DNA of 14,513 nt from Elusimicrobiota bacterium (lineage in GTDB: Bacteria; Elusimicrobiota; Elusimicrobia; UBA1565; UBA9628), in NCBI GenBank assembly GCA_027319565.1, contig DAHVNA010000043.1, positions 1 through 14,513 on the forward strand, given 5' to 3'. Each line of letters starts with the position of its first letter. Within the stretch, counting starts at the first letter, position 1. The notes under the pieces are model-generated. The model had not been told where the DNA came from and made no database searches. It saw only the letters and a list, made by a program, of their open reading frames with translations. This document shows positions 13,347 through 14,513 of the stretch, in pieces. A program made the position numbers and the translations under genes.

Positions 13347-14513
13347 CTAGAGCAGTGTACTGATAATGTCTCCAATGCCAAGAACTATAGTAATGATCCC
13401 GTAAAACGCAGGCAATCCACCTGTCCCTGCAAACATGGTTATCGCAGCGCCTGCCACAGTTCCAACTCCTGTTGCTTGCCCAATCAAAGCTTGCTGATGT
13501 CCTCCTAACTGCGCCATCGTGTTTGCCAAAGCTACTTCCATTACCCCTATTGCCATGACAATTCCAGCTATAGCTAATCCTACAGGAATCTGCCAGCCCT
13601 GGAATAGAGGATCTCCTTCTCCAGTCGTAATAAGCCAACCAGCTATTGCCAATAGCACGCCAGATATACCCATTAGCATCGGTAGCATATTAGCTAGACC
13701 TTGCCACGGGCTGACCTGTTTCGGACCAGGAGCGCCGTAATAGGGGACGCAAGTCCCGCCTTGGGAGACGTAGCCTTTGCTGATTTGGTCTGAGCTACAC
13801 ACATTCGCTATATCGCCAGCGGTTGATGTCCCATATCCAGATCCCCCCCCGCCGCCTCCCATCATGGACGGAGTATTTCCGCCCACGGAATTTGCGGAAT
13901 CGGCGCTTCCGGTGGTGATACCGCCTTGAGAAATTCCGCCGCCCGAGGTCATCTGATTGTCAAATTGATTGATGGCGTTTTGGGCATCGCCGGAATAGCT
14001 CGCGCCGTTCATCGCGCCATTATAACCGACCGCCGTTCGCAAAGCGGCGAGGCTCCGCCCACCATTAAATGCGCGTCCACCTCTAAAACCCATGCTTCCA
14101 ATATTCATCGCGCCGCCGCGTATGCTCATGGGGCTTACGCTGGCCTGAGGGCTCCAGGCAATGGCGTTTTTAGCCATGGCCGCTTCTTGAGCCGCTTGAG
14201 CGGCATATTGAGGAGCCGCCCCCGCGCCTCCAATAGGAGCGCCACCGCCAAAGGAAGTGTTAGAGGGCATGGCCAAATTTCCAGGATTTTGAGCTTTTCC
14301 GCCCGGAGGAGTTGGGATATTGACCGCCGCCGCTTTTCCGGTATTGGGTGTCGTTGCCGATTTCCCCGTCGTCGTGTTTGCGCCAGCCGTGGCATTTTGT
14401 CCCGCTCCAATAGACCCCGTGGGAGCTTCGTTAGCAAGGCTCGTGGGGCCCACTGGATGGGCGTTGATTCCGGAAGATATCGCGCCGTAAGGGCTTTTAA
14501 AAGAGCCTGAATT
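13347..14513 (-). CDS. Gly/Ala/Ser/Thr-rich low-complexity protein with about 3-4 C-terminal hydrophobic helices; 5' end outside the window; function unknown
   Basis: The frame stays open from 14453 to the window edge (NSGSFKSPYGAISSGINAHPVGPT...). Long flexible region, a Cys pair (VCSS..GTCVP), VSPWQ, then hydrophobic Gly-rich segments. Confidence 0.85.
   Translation of the reverse strand, partial: NSGSFKSPYGAISSGINAHPVGPTSLANEAPTGSIGAGQNATAGANTTTGKSATTPNTGKAAAVNIPTPPGGKAQNPGNLAMPSNTSFGGGAPIGGAGAAPQYAAQAAQEAAMAKNAIAWSPQASVSPMSIRGGAMNIGSMGFRGGRAFNGGRSLAALRTAVGYNGAMNGASYSGDAQNAINQFDNQMTSGGGISQGGITTGSADSANSVGGNTPSMMGGGGGGSGYGTSTAGDIANVCSSDQISKGYVSQGGTCVPYYGAPGPKQVSPWQGLANMLPMLMGISGVLLAIAGWLITTGEGDPLFQGWQIPVGLAIAGIVMAIGVMEVALANTMAQLGGHQQALIGQATGVGTVAGAAITMFAGTGGLPAFYGIITIVLGIGDIISTLL

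Noticed and set aside
13321..13638. 105-aa alternative-frame ORF as an immunity gene for the variable tip
   Set aside because: Almost fully nested out of frame in the tip coding region, with Trp/Cys/Arg/Ser-rich composition typical of a frame shadow.
13843..13850. C8 tract (G8 on the coding strand) as a phase-variation switch
   Set aside because: Explained by consecutive Gly codons in a poly-Gly run; the frame is intact and there is no evidence of length variation.

Overview
Bacterial chromosomal window. An Elusimicrobiota-like origin is a tentative impression from the last gene's style, not something the sequence proves. Left part (1-9774): a cell-envelope glycosylation locus with a divergent phosphohexomutase, a 730-aa GT-C glycosyltransferase carrying an extra C-terminal beta-rich (LmeA/DUF2993-like) domain, an orphan NarL-type regulator, GT4, a second GT-C, GT2, GT9 and a Wzx-type flippase. 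Middle part: tRNA-Thr(UGU), an SRPBCC protein, an acyl-CoA thioesterase and a nitrilase-family hydrolase. Right part (11700-13280): a toxin-antitoxin hotspot around tRNA-Ser(CGA). It holds an intact vapBC pair and a 434-bp integrase-less mini-cassette bounded by a duplicated tRNA 3' end. The cassette opens with an antisense copy of the tRNA end and carries a 5'-truncated brnT plus an intact brnA-type antitoxin. The window ends inside a Gly/Ala-rich membrane protein gene whose hydrophobic C-terminal 117 codons switch abruptly in codon usage at a VSPWQ motif, suggesting an exchangeable module. All family calls come from motif recognition by eye; no searches were run.
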